A stretch of DNA of 64,000 bases, from the NCBI GenBank assembly GCA_044229845.1, contig JBGASG010000004.1, positions 384,001-448,000 on the forward strand, read 5' to 3'. The position numbers and the translations under genes are program-made. Of this stretch, positions 49,901 through 58,247 are shown piece after piece (positions within the stretch are counted from its first letter, which is position 1; the number at the start of each line of letters is the position of its first letter). Under the pieces are notes generated by a model. It saw only the letters and a program-made list of their open reading frames with translations. It had not been told where the DNA came from and did not search any database. The stretch comes from Candidatus Obscuribacteraceae bacterium. Lineage in GTDB: Bacteria > Cyanobacteriota > Vampirovibrionia > Obscuribacterales > Obscuribacteraceae.

Positions 49901-49971
49901 CCGGCCCGCAAACGCCGTCACCGGCTTTGGTTGTCACCGCCCCGGAAACCACCCCGGTGGTCAGCGACTAA
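46933..49971 (+). CDS. Tandem-duplicated membrane sensor histidine kinase (2x TM-sensor-TM-HAMP-DHp-CA)
   Basis: Module 1: AEELERPL, NLLSNAIKF, DHGRGI, GSGLGL. Module 2: SHELRTPL with degenerate ATPase boxes. Divergent from the response regulator. Confidence 0.88.
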   Translation: MKFKLAHKVLIVIAVPVFFQLGFLWFFNGFLRDLDANQSLEQEAIEAGLLRDHAYVVVNQRMLLAAMYRATKNPIYATKFRQNDEELNSYFKKAATEWQDEPEKAIALEQSWQLNKRFSWMMQKIMNGEKAERASDLLGGRFGMMIMRAHLSSPDYYNHYIQQLFERSEEGLASSAQQVRGTESTMKATLLIAMAISSAIGIASGLFFSRSIADRLRVVLANIKLMASPNIAPQPLSGSDEIAALNNAVIDTARQIHDAEEFQAQTAHIVAEELERPLESVSSAFIELQKSGFDELSEKGGQRLEQVGNEISRIRHLVKDLLVLDGIRDVGWDLQIHDVDLSEIGKLAVDVVRDLARSREVELVTDLRSTPVQADPDRVVQVVVNLLSNAIKFSPPGSRVEIASSFKNGYGRLSVTDHGRGIAPQFHAAIFGKFEQEQSADADEKGGSGLGLAISNLLIESQKGMMGFKSAVGEGSMFWLQLPPAGSASAAQSATASSDTGSLPAVAPSLLETAAAPPSAPPPVWRKTLWQKGLALICLPLVVQLITVSVLWLAMSSMSKNLVDFKTARLMADTHSTLVNEVARGTVLAMLFNVTRDSEVKERTVQAHGRLNELVDQLRNVGKADPLLVAKTDELQRMVNEHITLENQIMAAEQDTKLDPWFGPANGAHTERLLVQMQAPLDEVIAATRSAINSRTLARSSTRRTIEVVLSASAVLTALLSAGLGLFMIRRLSRRVDHVVANANHLAKKEPLAEPLPGTDELAFVDHSFFEAAQRLSKLERFKRQMVSITSHELRTPLASLLATADLIDSEVFGALTARGREILSSARQSISSLISMISTLLDAEKMQSGKTIIKKSRVQLDSVLDAAASNVKTLARDRVIDLRTDGGGLSAEADGKRLTQALTAVLTDAIENAPRGAALLLDSAMSANFVELRLSAPQSALPPEIESANQSARTRLALTFSKLVAEQHGGTLEIHPHEDEHVLSLKVPAGPQTPSPALVVTAPETTPVVSD

Positions 49972-50145
49972 GTACACGAGATATTCACAAACCATTCCGG
50001 ATTCGTACCCCTGGTTGCCAGTATCTTCTAATCATTCCCCCTCACCCAACAGGCGACACCACAGACGGTGCAAGCGACACGGGCAAGCGGCAATGAGAAG
50101 GCGCGAGCCATCGGCATCTGAGGGGCTGACAACAAGTTTGACGAA

Positions 50146-50201
50146 CGGATGGAGCAACGAGCGGTGGTGAAAACCACCGCTTCGCGCATCCGGGCTTTTT
50201 T
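50146..50201 (+). terminator. Probable intrinsic terminator
   Basis: agcggtggt-gaaa-accaccgct inner stem, cggatg/catccg outer stem, T run. Confidence 0.55.
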
Positions 50202-50469
50202 AGTTACGACGTTATATAGTTGCAAAAACGCACTAAAACACTAAAAAGCCGGGGGAGGGCGAGATGCACTGATCGCCGAGTTGCGTCCGATGCATCTCGC
50301 CCTCTGCTGGCCCGGCACAGGGCCGCTCCGGCCTTAGAAACCTGCAAACTCGTCCCTGATGGCCCAGTGAATGGACGGATCATGGCGATTCGGCCCAGCA
50401 CTGGGCCACGACCTGGACATGAATGATCCGTCGACGGCATGCGCGCGGTGCTCGGGTGGTACGACCGCC

Positions 50470-51135
50470 TTACCAGGCAGCCCGGTGCTTGAGCGGTGGT
50501 CCGTAAAACCAGCCGATCAACTGCGAAACCTCCGCATCCCGGCAAGCCAGCGCCTCGCTCACGACTTGCTCGCGCCGCAGCAGCGCCGCGTCGTACTGCT
50601 CACGGAAAGGCAGCAGGGCAGCCTCCGCCGCGGACAGCAGCACACCAAGGCGATCGACTTCGGTGTTCTGCCGCAGCAGCACCGATTTCATCGCCTGATA
50701 GCGGTGCTCCTTCGCGATCTCAACTGCGCGCTGGTCGGCGCCCGCGGCGAGCAGTTTGTTGACCTGCGACTCTTCGCGTGCCGACACCTCCATCACGCAG
50801 TCGATCTTCGCTTTGTTGGCATCGGCGAGGTTAGACTGCGCCTTCTCGAAGGCGGCGCCAACGTCCGCGAACGGACCGATCGCCTCTTCGAACTCGACTC
50901 CGGCCGCTCGCACCGCCGACTCGTAATTGAGGCTTAGCACCGCGATCGTCCGCAACTTTTCGCAGTCGGGCGAGGGCAGCTCCGTCCGGCAGACCTGGCA
51001 CTCCTGGCGCAGCGCGGCACAGGACATGCAGAGGCGACAGCCCAGCGATGTTTCCGCACTGCATTCGATGCAGGGCGTGGGCAAGGGCAACGGGTGGTCC
51101 CGGTGCGCGGCACAGAGAACCTTTTCTTTGGTCAT
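50470..51135 (-). CDS. Hypothetical protein: Cys-rich zinc-finger-like N-terminus + coiled coil
   Basis: CAAH, CIEC, CxxCxxC, CQVC; AAGGA RBS. Confidence 0.65.
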   Translation of the reverse strand: MTKEKVLCAAHRDHPLPLPTPCIECSAETSLGCRLCMSCAALRQECQVCRTELPSPDCEKLRTIAVLSLNYESAVRAAGVEFEEAIGPFADVGAAFEKAQSNLADANKAKIDCVMEVSAREESQVNKLLAAGADQRAVEIAKEHRYQAMKSVLLRQNTEVDRLGVLLSAAEAALLPFREQYDAALLRREQVVSEALACRDAEVSQLIGWFYGPPLKHRAAW

Positions 51136-51229
51136 GTCATTCCTTCGTTTTGTGTTCACGAGTCGTTCACAGTTTTTTCCGAACTAATTCCGTCCGGTGC
51201 ACGTACATTGGCGGCAAGAGGGACGAGCT

Positions 51230-51514
51230 ATGTCAAACAACCCACCATCTGATACGAGAACCGGCGGAGCCAAAATCGTCGACGCGATTGCCGCCGGCAG
51301 TACGCAAGCCTTGCGCGAGGCGCTCAACGGTCTGAGTCCTCGCGACCTGCAGCAGATTTATGTCGAGATCAATCAACGCAACGCCGAACGGCAGGCCGAT
51401 AGCCTGCCTCCTGTGACGGTGATCGTCAACGATCAAGACCATGACGGAAGGATCGACGCCACCGGCACCAATACCGACAATGGTAGAACCATAGCGGCGG
51501 AGGCAGACAGCTAG
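51230..51514 (+). CDS. Small hypothetical protein
   Basis: GAGGG RBS; 94 aa with DQDHDG acidic loop. Confidence 0.5.
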   Translation: MSNNPPSDTRTGGAKIVDAIAAGSTQALREALNGLSPRDLQQIYVEINQRNAERQADSLPPVTVIVNDQDHDGRIDATGTNTDNGRTIAAEADS

Positions 51515-51694
51515 TCAGTCCTGCAGCGGATCCGCCAGTCCCAAGCGCAGGACATCTTCCGGGCTGAGAAAGAAATCCGCATCACTGCGGCTCTGGTCGC
51601 CCGCGCGGCCAGCGTGAACTTCATGCAGTGGCGCGAACAGCGAGTCGTCGGCGTTGCGCACGAGCAGAAACTTCGCTCGGTCGAGGTTGTGCAT
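51515..51694 (-). CDS. Small hypothetical protein (59 aa, not in supplied ORF track)
   Basis: GGAG RBS then MHNLDRAKFLLVRNADDSLFAPLHEVH...FFLSPEDVLRLGLADPLQD. Confidence 0.45.
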   Translation of the reverse strand: MHNLDRAKFLLVRNADDSLFAPLHEVHAGRAGDQSRSDADFFLSPEDVLRLGLADPLQD

Positions 51695-51995
51695 AGCTTC
51701 TCCATTCTCTTGGTGGTTGCGCTAACTTCGCACCATGAGTGGTGCATCTCAACGGTCGTCTCACTCACGGAAGTCCGTGAGTGAAGGCATGAAAAACTGG
51801 TTGAACTGACTGTTTACGCTGGTTTCGAGTCGGAAGTGCGGGAGGAAAAGAAGATGACTTCACCCTAACTCTCAAAATGCCGGCACACCAGTTATCCACC
51901 GTTTTTATGTACTCATAGTTGCCAAATCCGCTTGGCAGCGATAGCGCTAGCGTAGCACCGCATACGGTGGCGTAAACAAGTCGTAAACAAGGCGT

Positions 51996-53111
51996 TCACG
52001 ACTGACGGGCAATGGTAAACCAGAAGCGACATCCCTCTCCAGGCTCGCTCTCAACACCAATCGTCCCACCCTGCGCCTCGACGATCGCTTTCGAAATAGC
52101 CAGCCCCAGTCCCGTGCCGCCTTCAACTCGAGAATCTGATAGTTGCGCCTGCTCGAATCTATTAAACAGACGACTCTGGAAGTCTTTAGGAATACCCCGT
52201 CCTTTGTCGCTTACATAAAGTTTGGCGAACTGCTCCGTCGCCTCGCATGAAATGGTGACCGCGCTGCCGGCGGGCGAAAACTTCACGGCATTGGAGAGCA
52301 AGTTGATCAGCACGCGCACTGTGTAATCCGTGTCGGCTGTCACCGGCAGCTCGTCTGGAATGTCGTCTACCACCAGCGGCACACCACGACTCTGAGCCCA
52401 AGAATCGAGCGATTGCAGCGATTGCGTCACGATCGAACCCAGTGCCACCACTCGCGGGTGCAGCTTGAGCTTGCCCGCCTCCAGCTTGTGCAGGTCAAGC
52501 AGGCTGTTGATCATGTTTATCAATCGCGTAGTGTCCTGCCCAATGCCCTCGCATTTGGCTTTCAAGTCGTCCGGTCTGTCGTCGTAAACACCCTCGGCAA
52601 CCAGCTCGAAAAAACACTTGACTGAGGTGAGCGGCGTTCGCAGATCGTGCGTCATCGTCGATATGAATTCCTGCCTGAGTTGCTCCAAATCATGCCGGGC
52701 AGAAACGTCTTCTACCACCAGCAACACATTGTCGGAAGCTGATTCCGTGGAGCCGGCGAACGGACTGACTTTGACGGTAGCCGGAAATGTGCTGCCGTCA
52801 AATCGTTTGGCTATCGTTTCCACGGCCGTGTTGGGTGGCGCCGACAATAATTGCTCAGCCGCAGCCTGCTCCAGCTCGAAGACTTCACCGATATGCCGCT
52901 GGTGCAGATCAGCGTACGTGCAACGAAACAGGGCGAGACTGGCTGGACTGGCTGATTGCACGATGCCGGATTTCTCGGCGATCAAAAGTCCCAGCGGTAT
53001 GGTTTCTATCAAGGTGCGAATGCGCGCTTCATTATTGCGCAGCTTCTGCTCGTATTTCGTCAGCAACGCCTTCAGCTCGGCAGGACTCTTAGTTTCATCG
53101 CGTGAAGTCAT
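51996..53111 (-). CDS. Cytoplasmic PAS-domain sensor histidine kinase
   Basis: PAS (IETIPLG...KRFDGSTFP), THDLRTPL, NLLSNAVKF, DKGRGI, GTGLGL. Confidence 0.93.
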   Translation of the reverse strand: MTSRDETKSPAELKALLTKYEQKLRNNEARIRTLIETIPLGLLIAEKSGIVQSASPASLALFRCTYADLHQRHIGEVFELEQAAAEQLLSAPPNTAVETIAKRFDGSTFPATVKVSPFAGSTESASDNVLLVVEDVSARHDLEQLRQEFISTMTHDLRTPLTSVKCFFELVAEGVYDDRPDDLKAKCEGIGQDTTRLINMINSLLDLHKLEAGKLKLHPRVVALGSIVTQSLQSLDSWAQSRGVPLVVDDIPDELPVTADTDYTVRVLINLLSNAVKFSPAGSAVTISCEATEQFAKLYVSDKGRGIPKDFQSRLFNRFEQAQLSDSRVEGGTGLGLAISKAIVEAQGGTIGVESEPGEGCRFWFTIARQS

Positions 53112-53124
53112 AGAAAATCTTGTG

Positions 53125-53165
53125 GCGTTGCCGGACCAGCTCACGGGAATCAGCATTTATATACC
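53125..53165 (-). promoter_or_regulatory. Conserved upstream element B (shared with 39546-39585)
   Basis: Minus strand GGTATATA-N6-GATTCCCGTGAGCTG-gtccg-GCAAcGC. Confidence 0.65.
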
Positions 53166-53792
53166 CAGATTATGAGCAGACCCCGGGCCGGCGCAGTCGA
53201 GCAATTGGCGACGACTGGCGGCAACGTGAACGGCTGGCGTGAATAACTCGTGAACAAAACTGGCAGGCACCAAATCCGGTATCGAGACCAGATTGGCCGA
53301 CAGCCGGCAGCATTGCGCAACAGCAGCCAGGCATGCCAGATCTAGCCGGAGCGACCAGTCCAGAAGATTATCAAAAGGCACCACTAATGGTTGCGCGCAC
53401 GTGCGCCAGGGCGCAACACAGGTTTCTTTTAGATAATCTTGCGCAAGCGGCTGCACGCTTGCTTTCGCGCCCCCTTCTTTGCAACCATAAGATACCAACT
53501 TTTGTCCAGACAGAAACACCAGATCACACCCGCAAGAAACCCCGCAAGCACACGAATTTCAGTCCCGCATCCGGCAGCACATTGCCGAGATGAGGCACCA
53601 CTCAGCATTCGCAACTAACCGACTTGCTCCTCTCCCAAAAAACTGGTCTGTCCCCGGCCCCGGTCGCGCAGGTTCGCGCTAGTCGTTGCACCGCAAGCGG
53701 TGGCATAAACGGCGGGTGAACGCGACTGAAAAAGTTGCCCCACAACACATCACAATCGAATGCACTTGCCACCTGAGAGAGAGGAGTCGGCA

Positions 53793-54626
53793 GTGCTATC
53801 CAAACGTCATACCAAGACCGCGATTTTCGTCGCGGTCACTGCAGTGCTCCTCTGGCTCGGGCTGTCGCCACGTTCTGCTACCTGGGCGTATGAGCACGTG
53901 CTGATGCCGCGAGTGCCGCCCGACATGCGACTGCTCAACGCCAACAGCGTCGCGCCCGTGCAGCTTCTGGAGTTTTCGTGCGGCGAGCACACGCTGCAAG
54001 GCATGCTCTACAAGCACCCGACCAGCGGCAGAGTCGTGCTGTTCTACGCCGGGCGCTCCAGCAACCTCGCCAAAATCGTCACGCCTGCGCGCGAGCTTGT
54101 GCGCCTGGGAGTCTCGGTGTTCGCCTTCGAATACGCCGGCTTCGGTACCACCGCTGGACGCCCATCCACCCGGGCACTCCTGGATGACGGACTGGCCGCC
54201 TACGCCGCCGTGCTCAATCTCGGCTACAAACCGAACGACATCATCCTCTACGGCGAAAGCCTGGGCACAGCTGTTGCCGCCTACGTCGCTAAGCAGCGAC
54301 CGGCGGCGGGGCTGGTCCTGCAGTCGGGCTTCAGCTCGCTGGAGCGGCTGGTGAAGGAGATCTCGCCTGTGTTTCGTGTCTATCCGTCGTGGATGTTCTC
54401 GCGTCTGAGACTGGACTCGGCCCATGCGCTGCAAGCCGGTCATCCGCCGCTATTGCTGCTGCACGGCGACCAGGACGACGTCATCGGACACGAGCATTCC
54501 GAGCGACTGGCAGCCGCCGCCGGCGAGCGCACCACGCTCGTCATTCTGGGCGGCGCCGGACACTTCCACGTGCACGAGCGCGAGGACTGGCGCGATGCCA
54601 TGCGCGAGTTTCTCGCCTCGCTGTGA
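53793..54626 (+). CDS. Alpha/beta hydrolase (ABHD13/17, Bem46-like)
   Basis: GAGGAG RBS + GTG; N-terminal TM; EYAGFG, GESLG, HGDQDDVI, GAGH triad. Confidence 0.88.
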   Translation: MLSKRHTKTAIFVAVTAVLLWLGLSPRSATWAYEHVLMPRVPPDMRLLNANSVAPVQLLEFSCGEHTLQGMLYKHPTSGRVVLFYAGRSSNLAKIVTPARELVRLGVSVFAFEYAGFGTTAGRPSTRALLDDGLAAYAAVLNLGYKPNDIILYGESLGTAVAAYVAKQRPAAGLVLQSGFSSLERLVKEISPVFRVYPSWMFSRLRLDSAHALQAGHPPLLLLHGDQDDVIGHEHSERLAAAAGERTTLVILGGAGHFHVHEREDWRDAMREFLASL

Positions 54627-54660
54627 TCGAAATCAAAAAATCGGAACGATAAGGAGAAGC

Positions 54661-54789
54661 ATGGAAGCCCTCAGCTATGTGCTGCTCGTCATCGGACTGG
54701 TACTTGGGTTCGGCGTCGGAGGCACAGCCTGCACGGCTGCCGGCGCCGTACTCATGCTCGTGGCGCTGGTGATGAACATCCACGCCTAG
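54661..54789 (+). CDS. Small hydrophobic protein (42 aa)
   Basis: AAGGAG RBS; two short hydrophobic segments. Confidence 0.55.
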   Translation: MEALSYVLLVIGLVLGFGVGGTACTAAGAVLMLVALVMNIHA

Positions 54790-54936
54790 CGCCCTGGGAG
54801 TCGCCCTCCGTTTCCCGGAGCATCGGCTGCGTTTCACAACCGGGCTCAGACAGCCCCACTTGCTGCAGTCATCCTGCCGCACAAATCCAGCGTGGAATGA
54901 AGGACTCCCGCGCTTTCATGGAAGGTTCTCGGAACA

Positions 54937-55767
54937 TTGATTCCAATCATCCTGGCTGCCGCCACCTGGCTCTTGCTCGTGGCCGCCACCGTCGTCTACG
55001 CCCGCCGCCGCTATCACTACTGGCAGGGGCACGCCCGTCACATGCAGGAGAGCGGTTATCTGGTGCCGCCGGCATCGTTGACCGCGCGGTTGGCTCACCG
55101 CCTGGTGACACGAGCGCTCGTCTACCTGGGCGTCGGTCCGATCAAAGTAAGCGGTCGCCGCGAGCTGATGTTGCCCGGACGCAAGATCTACGTCGCGAAT
55201 CATCAGTTCAACCTGGACTTCGCCGTCTGCTCCGTGGCCGCCCGCACATGCTGCCCGGTGATGACCAAGTCTGCCGAGCTGAGGCCGCCCCCGCTGGCAC
55301 TGCTCAGCGCATGGAGCGGCTCCGCCATCCCCGTCAACATCAACGAAGCCGGAGGCGGACAGAAGGCATTCGCCGCCAGTGTTCGCCACCTGCAGCGCCG
55401 CCGCGACAGCGAATTCCTGATCTTTCCGCAGGGCGCGCTGTTCGACAGGCTGCAACTGGAGGACTTCAAGTCCGGCGCCGCGCGCCTGCAGAAAGCGGTG
55501 GCAGACGCCACTGACGGTGATCCGGTCTGGCTGATTCCGATGTACATCGAATACCAGCAAACCGGATCGAGGCCCATCTCCGAGTTCGTCTTCAAGAAGA
55601 CACGCTCGATCTTCGGCAAGGTCCAGTACGGCGCAACGGTGCGCATCGGCGAGCCGATCGCCTACAACAGCGCCCGCAGCATCGACGGCACCACCGCCAT
55701 CATCTACTCGCGCATCGCCAACCTGCAGCGCGCGTCCTTCGCCCTGTCCCGACGACGATCCCGTTAG
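54937..55767 (+). CDS. PlsC-like lysophospholipid acyltransferase 1
   Basis: NHQFNLD (HX4D), IFPQG, FKSGAARL; N-terminal TM. Confidence 0.85.
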   Translation: MIPIILAAATWLLLVAATVVYARRRYHYWQGHARHMQESGYLVPPASLTARLAHRLVTRALVYLGVGPIKVSGRRELMLPGRKIYVANHQFNLDFAVCSVAARTCCPVMTKSAELRPPPLALLSAWSGSAIPVNINEAGGGQKAFAASVRHLQRRRDSEFLIFPQGALFDRLQLEDFKSGAARLQKAVADATDGDPVWLIPMYIEYQQTGSRPISEFVFKKTRSIFGKVQYGATVRIGEPIAYNSARSIDGTTAIIYSRIANLQRASFALSRRRSR

Positions 55768-55775
55768 GAACTCTC

Positions 55776-56591
55776 GTGATCAATCTATTCGCCCCGCTGC
55801 TGGTCGTCACGGCGCTGGCAGTGTGCGCTCTTCTCTATTACGGGCGCTACAAACCCTGGGTCGAGAAGAAACAGTCATACATCGCGCGCTACACCAAATG
55901 CGGTGCCCTGCCCCCAACTCCGACACCGGAAGCGTGGCGGAAGTTCCGGCGCATCGTACGCTTCCTGATCTTCATCCAGGTCGGACGAGTGCGCTTCGAG
56001 GGACTGGAACATGCACACATCCCCGGTCCCAAGCTGATCACCCCGAATCACGGCAGTTCCGCCGATGTGGCGATGGCGCTGGCCTTTCCAACGCCGTTCC
56101 GGTCGCTGGCAACGCGCGGTCTCTTCACCATCGGCGGCGGTCTGGGCGCACTCATGTTCGGTCCCGTCGGCGCCATTCCGGTGGACCTGACACCCGGACA
56201 GGGCGGACCGGCACGCAACACCGCGGTCGACATCGTCGTCTCCGGAGAGCCGCTGCTCATGTTCCCCGAAGGTTGGGCGTACATGGACGGGCGCATCGGA
56301 CCGATGAAGAAAGGCGCCGTGCGCATCGCCCGGGAAGCGGCACGCGAACTGGGACAACCGGTGCACCTCGTGCCTGCATACATGCGCTACGGCAAGTACC
56401 CCGGCAAGTGGATCTTGCGCTTCGTGCCGCCGGTGCAGTACTTGCTGGCGTTCGTCCTCTTCCCACTCTACCGGCGGGGCTTGACGGTGGTCTTCGCGCC
56501 GCCGATCAGCTCCGCCGACCTGCCGGATGATGACACGCTCGCGACGCAGATGCTGCGCAACGCAATTCTGGCTGCCGACCCGCAGGGTTAG
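55776..56591 (+). CDS. PlsC-like lysophospholipid acyltransferase 2
   Basis: NHGSSAD (HX4D), MFPEG, KKGAVRIA; N-terminal TM. Confidence 0.88.
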   Translation: MINLFAPLLVVTALAVCALLYYGRYKPWVEKKQSYIARYTKCGALPPTPTPEAWRKFRRIVRFLIFIQVGRVRFEGLEHAHIPGPKLITPNHGSSADVAMALAFPTPFRSLATRGLFTIGGGLGALMFGPVGAIPVDLTPGQGGPARNTAVDIVVSGEPLLMFPEGWAYMDGRIGPMKKGAVRIAREAARELGQPVHLVPAYMRYGKYPGKWILRFVPPVQYLLAFVLFPLYRRGLTVVFAPPISSADLPDDDTLATQMLRNAILAADPQG

Positions 56592-56642
56592 CCGCCGCAC
56601 AACCAATCCAAATCACCGATCAACCCGAAGAAAGGGGTTGAA

Positions 56643-57908
56643 ATGACCATCTCACCGAACTGGCATGGATTCGATCTCACCGAGGACCAGTTGACGGTTC
56701 TCGACTGGGTGCGCGATTTCTGCCGAACCGAAATCCGTCCCGCCGGGCCCCAGTGGCACAAGGCGGAGGCCACCCCGTGGCCGCTCATCCGCAAGGCCGC
56801 CAAGTGCGGTCTCTACTCCGAGGACTTCTTCAAGAAGCTCTTCCTTGACCCGACCGGTATCTTGCCGGCGCTGGTCATCGAAGAGCTGTTCTGGGCCGAC
56901 GGCGGCAGCGCGCTGGCGCTGTTCGGCAGCGGACTGCCGGCGGCCGCCATCATGGCCAACGGCACCGGCAACCCCAGCCTGGAGGAACTCGGAATCGAAG
57001 GCAAGGGACAGCAGGGCAAGTGGCTGCCCGAGTGCTTCGGCACGGCCGACAACCCGCGCCTCGCGGCCTTCGCCACCTCCGAGTCCGACGCCGGTTCCGA
57101 CGTCAGCGGCATGCGCACCACCGCCGTCTACGACGAGAAGACCGACACCTGGACGCTCAACGGCGTCAAGGACTGGATCACCAACGGCGGCATCGAAGGC
57201 GCGCTGCACGTCGTCGTCGCCAGTGTCGACCGCAAGCTCGCCTCGCGCGGTCAGGCCAGTTTCATCGTGCCCCCGGGCACCAAGGGGCTGAGCCAGGGCA
57301 CTGTGCACCACAAGCTGGGCTTCCGCGCATCCGTGACAGCCGAGGTCGTCCTGGACAACGTCGTGGTGCCGGGCGACTGCCTGCTGGGCGGCAAGGACAA
57401 GCTCGACAAGCGGCTCGCCAGGGCTCGCGCCGGCGAATCGGCGGGTGGACAGGCCGCCATGGCCACCTTCGAAGGCACCCGCTGGATGGTGGCAGCCATG
57501 GGCGTCGGGCTCGCACGCGCCGCGTACGAATACGCCCGTGACTACGCCAAGGAGCGCGAGGCGTTCGGCAAGAAGATCGCCGAACACCAGCAGGTGGCGG
57601 AGATGCTGGCCGACATGGCGACCAAGATCCACCTGGCTCGCCTCGGTGTCATCGACGCCGCTCGCACGTACCTGACCACCGGCAAGCTCACGCAGGCGCA
57701 GGGCTCGATGGTGAAGTACTTCGCCACCGAGCTGGCGGTCGAGTGCACCCGCAACGCCGTCCAGATCCTGGGCGGTGCCGGCTACGTCGACGAGCACCCG
57801 GTCATGCAGTGGTACGGCGACGCGCCGTTGCTGACGATCTTCGAGGGCACCTCGCAGATCCAGAAGAATCTGATCGCCAGCACGGTCACCGGTCTGCGCA
57901 TCCGCTGA
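56643..57908 (+). CDS. Acyl-CoA dehydrogenase
   Basis: SESDAGSD, LNGVKDWITNG, KLGFR, REAFGK, QILGGAG, IFEGTSQIQ. Confidence 0.95.
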   Translation: MTISPNWHGFDLTEDQLTVLDWVRDFCRTEIRPAGPQWHKAEATPWPLIRKAAKCGLYSEDFFKKLFLDPTGILPALVIEELFWADGGSALALFGSGLPAAAIMANGTGNPSLEELGIEGKGQQGKWLPECFGTADNPRLAAFATSESDAGSDVSGMRTTAVYDEKTDTWTLNGVKDWITNGGIEGALHVVVASVDRKLASRGQASFIVPPGTKGLSQGTVHHKLGFRASVTAEVVLDNVVVPGDCLLGGKDKLDKRLARARAGESAGGQAAMATFEGTRWMVAAMGVGLARAAYEYARDYAKEREAFGKKIAEHQQVAEMLADMATKIHLARLGVIDAARTYLTTGKLTQAQGSMVKYFATELAVECTRNAVQILGGAGYVDEHPVMQWYGDAPLLTIFEGTSQIQKNLIASTVTGLRIR

Positions 57909-57960
57909 ACAAGGCGGAACGCAACGCCACCACATAAGGTGGCGCAAGCAGACCACCTAT

Positions 57961-57998
57961 CGAATGGGGAGCGCTCCTCCGGGGGCGCTCCCCATTCG
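57961..57998. terminator. Strong hairpin between convergent genes
   Basis: cgaatggggagcgctcc / ggggcgctccccattcg inverted repeat; further hairpins at about 57926 and 58081. Confidence 0.6.
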
Positions 57999-58247
57999 AA
58001 GCGAACAAGAAAGAAACTGAAGAGCACCTGCTGCAACTGCACGGGCTGCAGTGCAACAACTGAATAAGCGACAGGCGACGAAACGGCAGGGCCTGCACCC
58101 CTGCCGTTTCTGTCTCCGAATTTTTCGCTCACTTTTAACTACAGTTGCTAGTACTATCAATCCGACTTCACTGCATATGGTGGCAATATGTATTCAACCG
58201 GCAAGATAGGCACGCAGCTACGAGATAAAATCGCCGCGAACCGGCTC

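Noticed and set aside
51511..51768. 85-aa minus-strand ORF from the track
   Set aside because: The overlapping 59-aa frame has a better RBS and more protein-like composition.
56652..57956. 434-aa minus-strand ORF
   Set aside because: Shadow of the acyl-CoA dehydrogenase.
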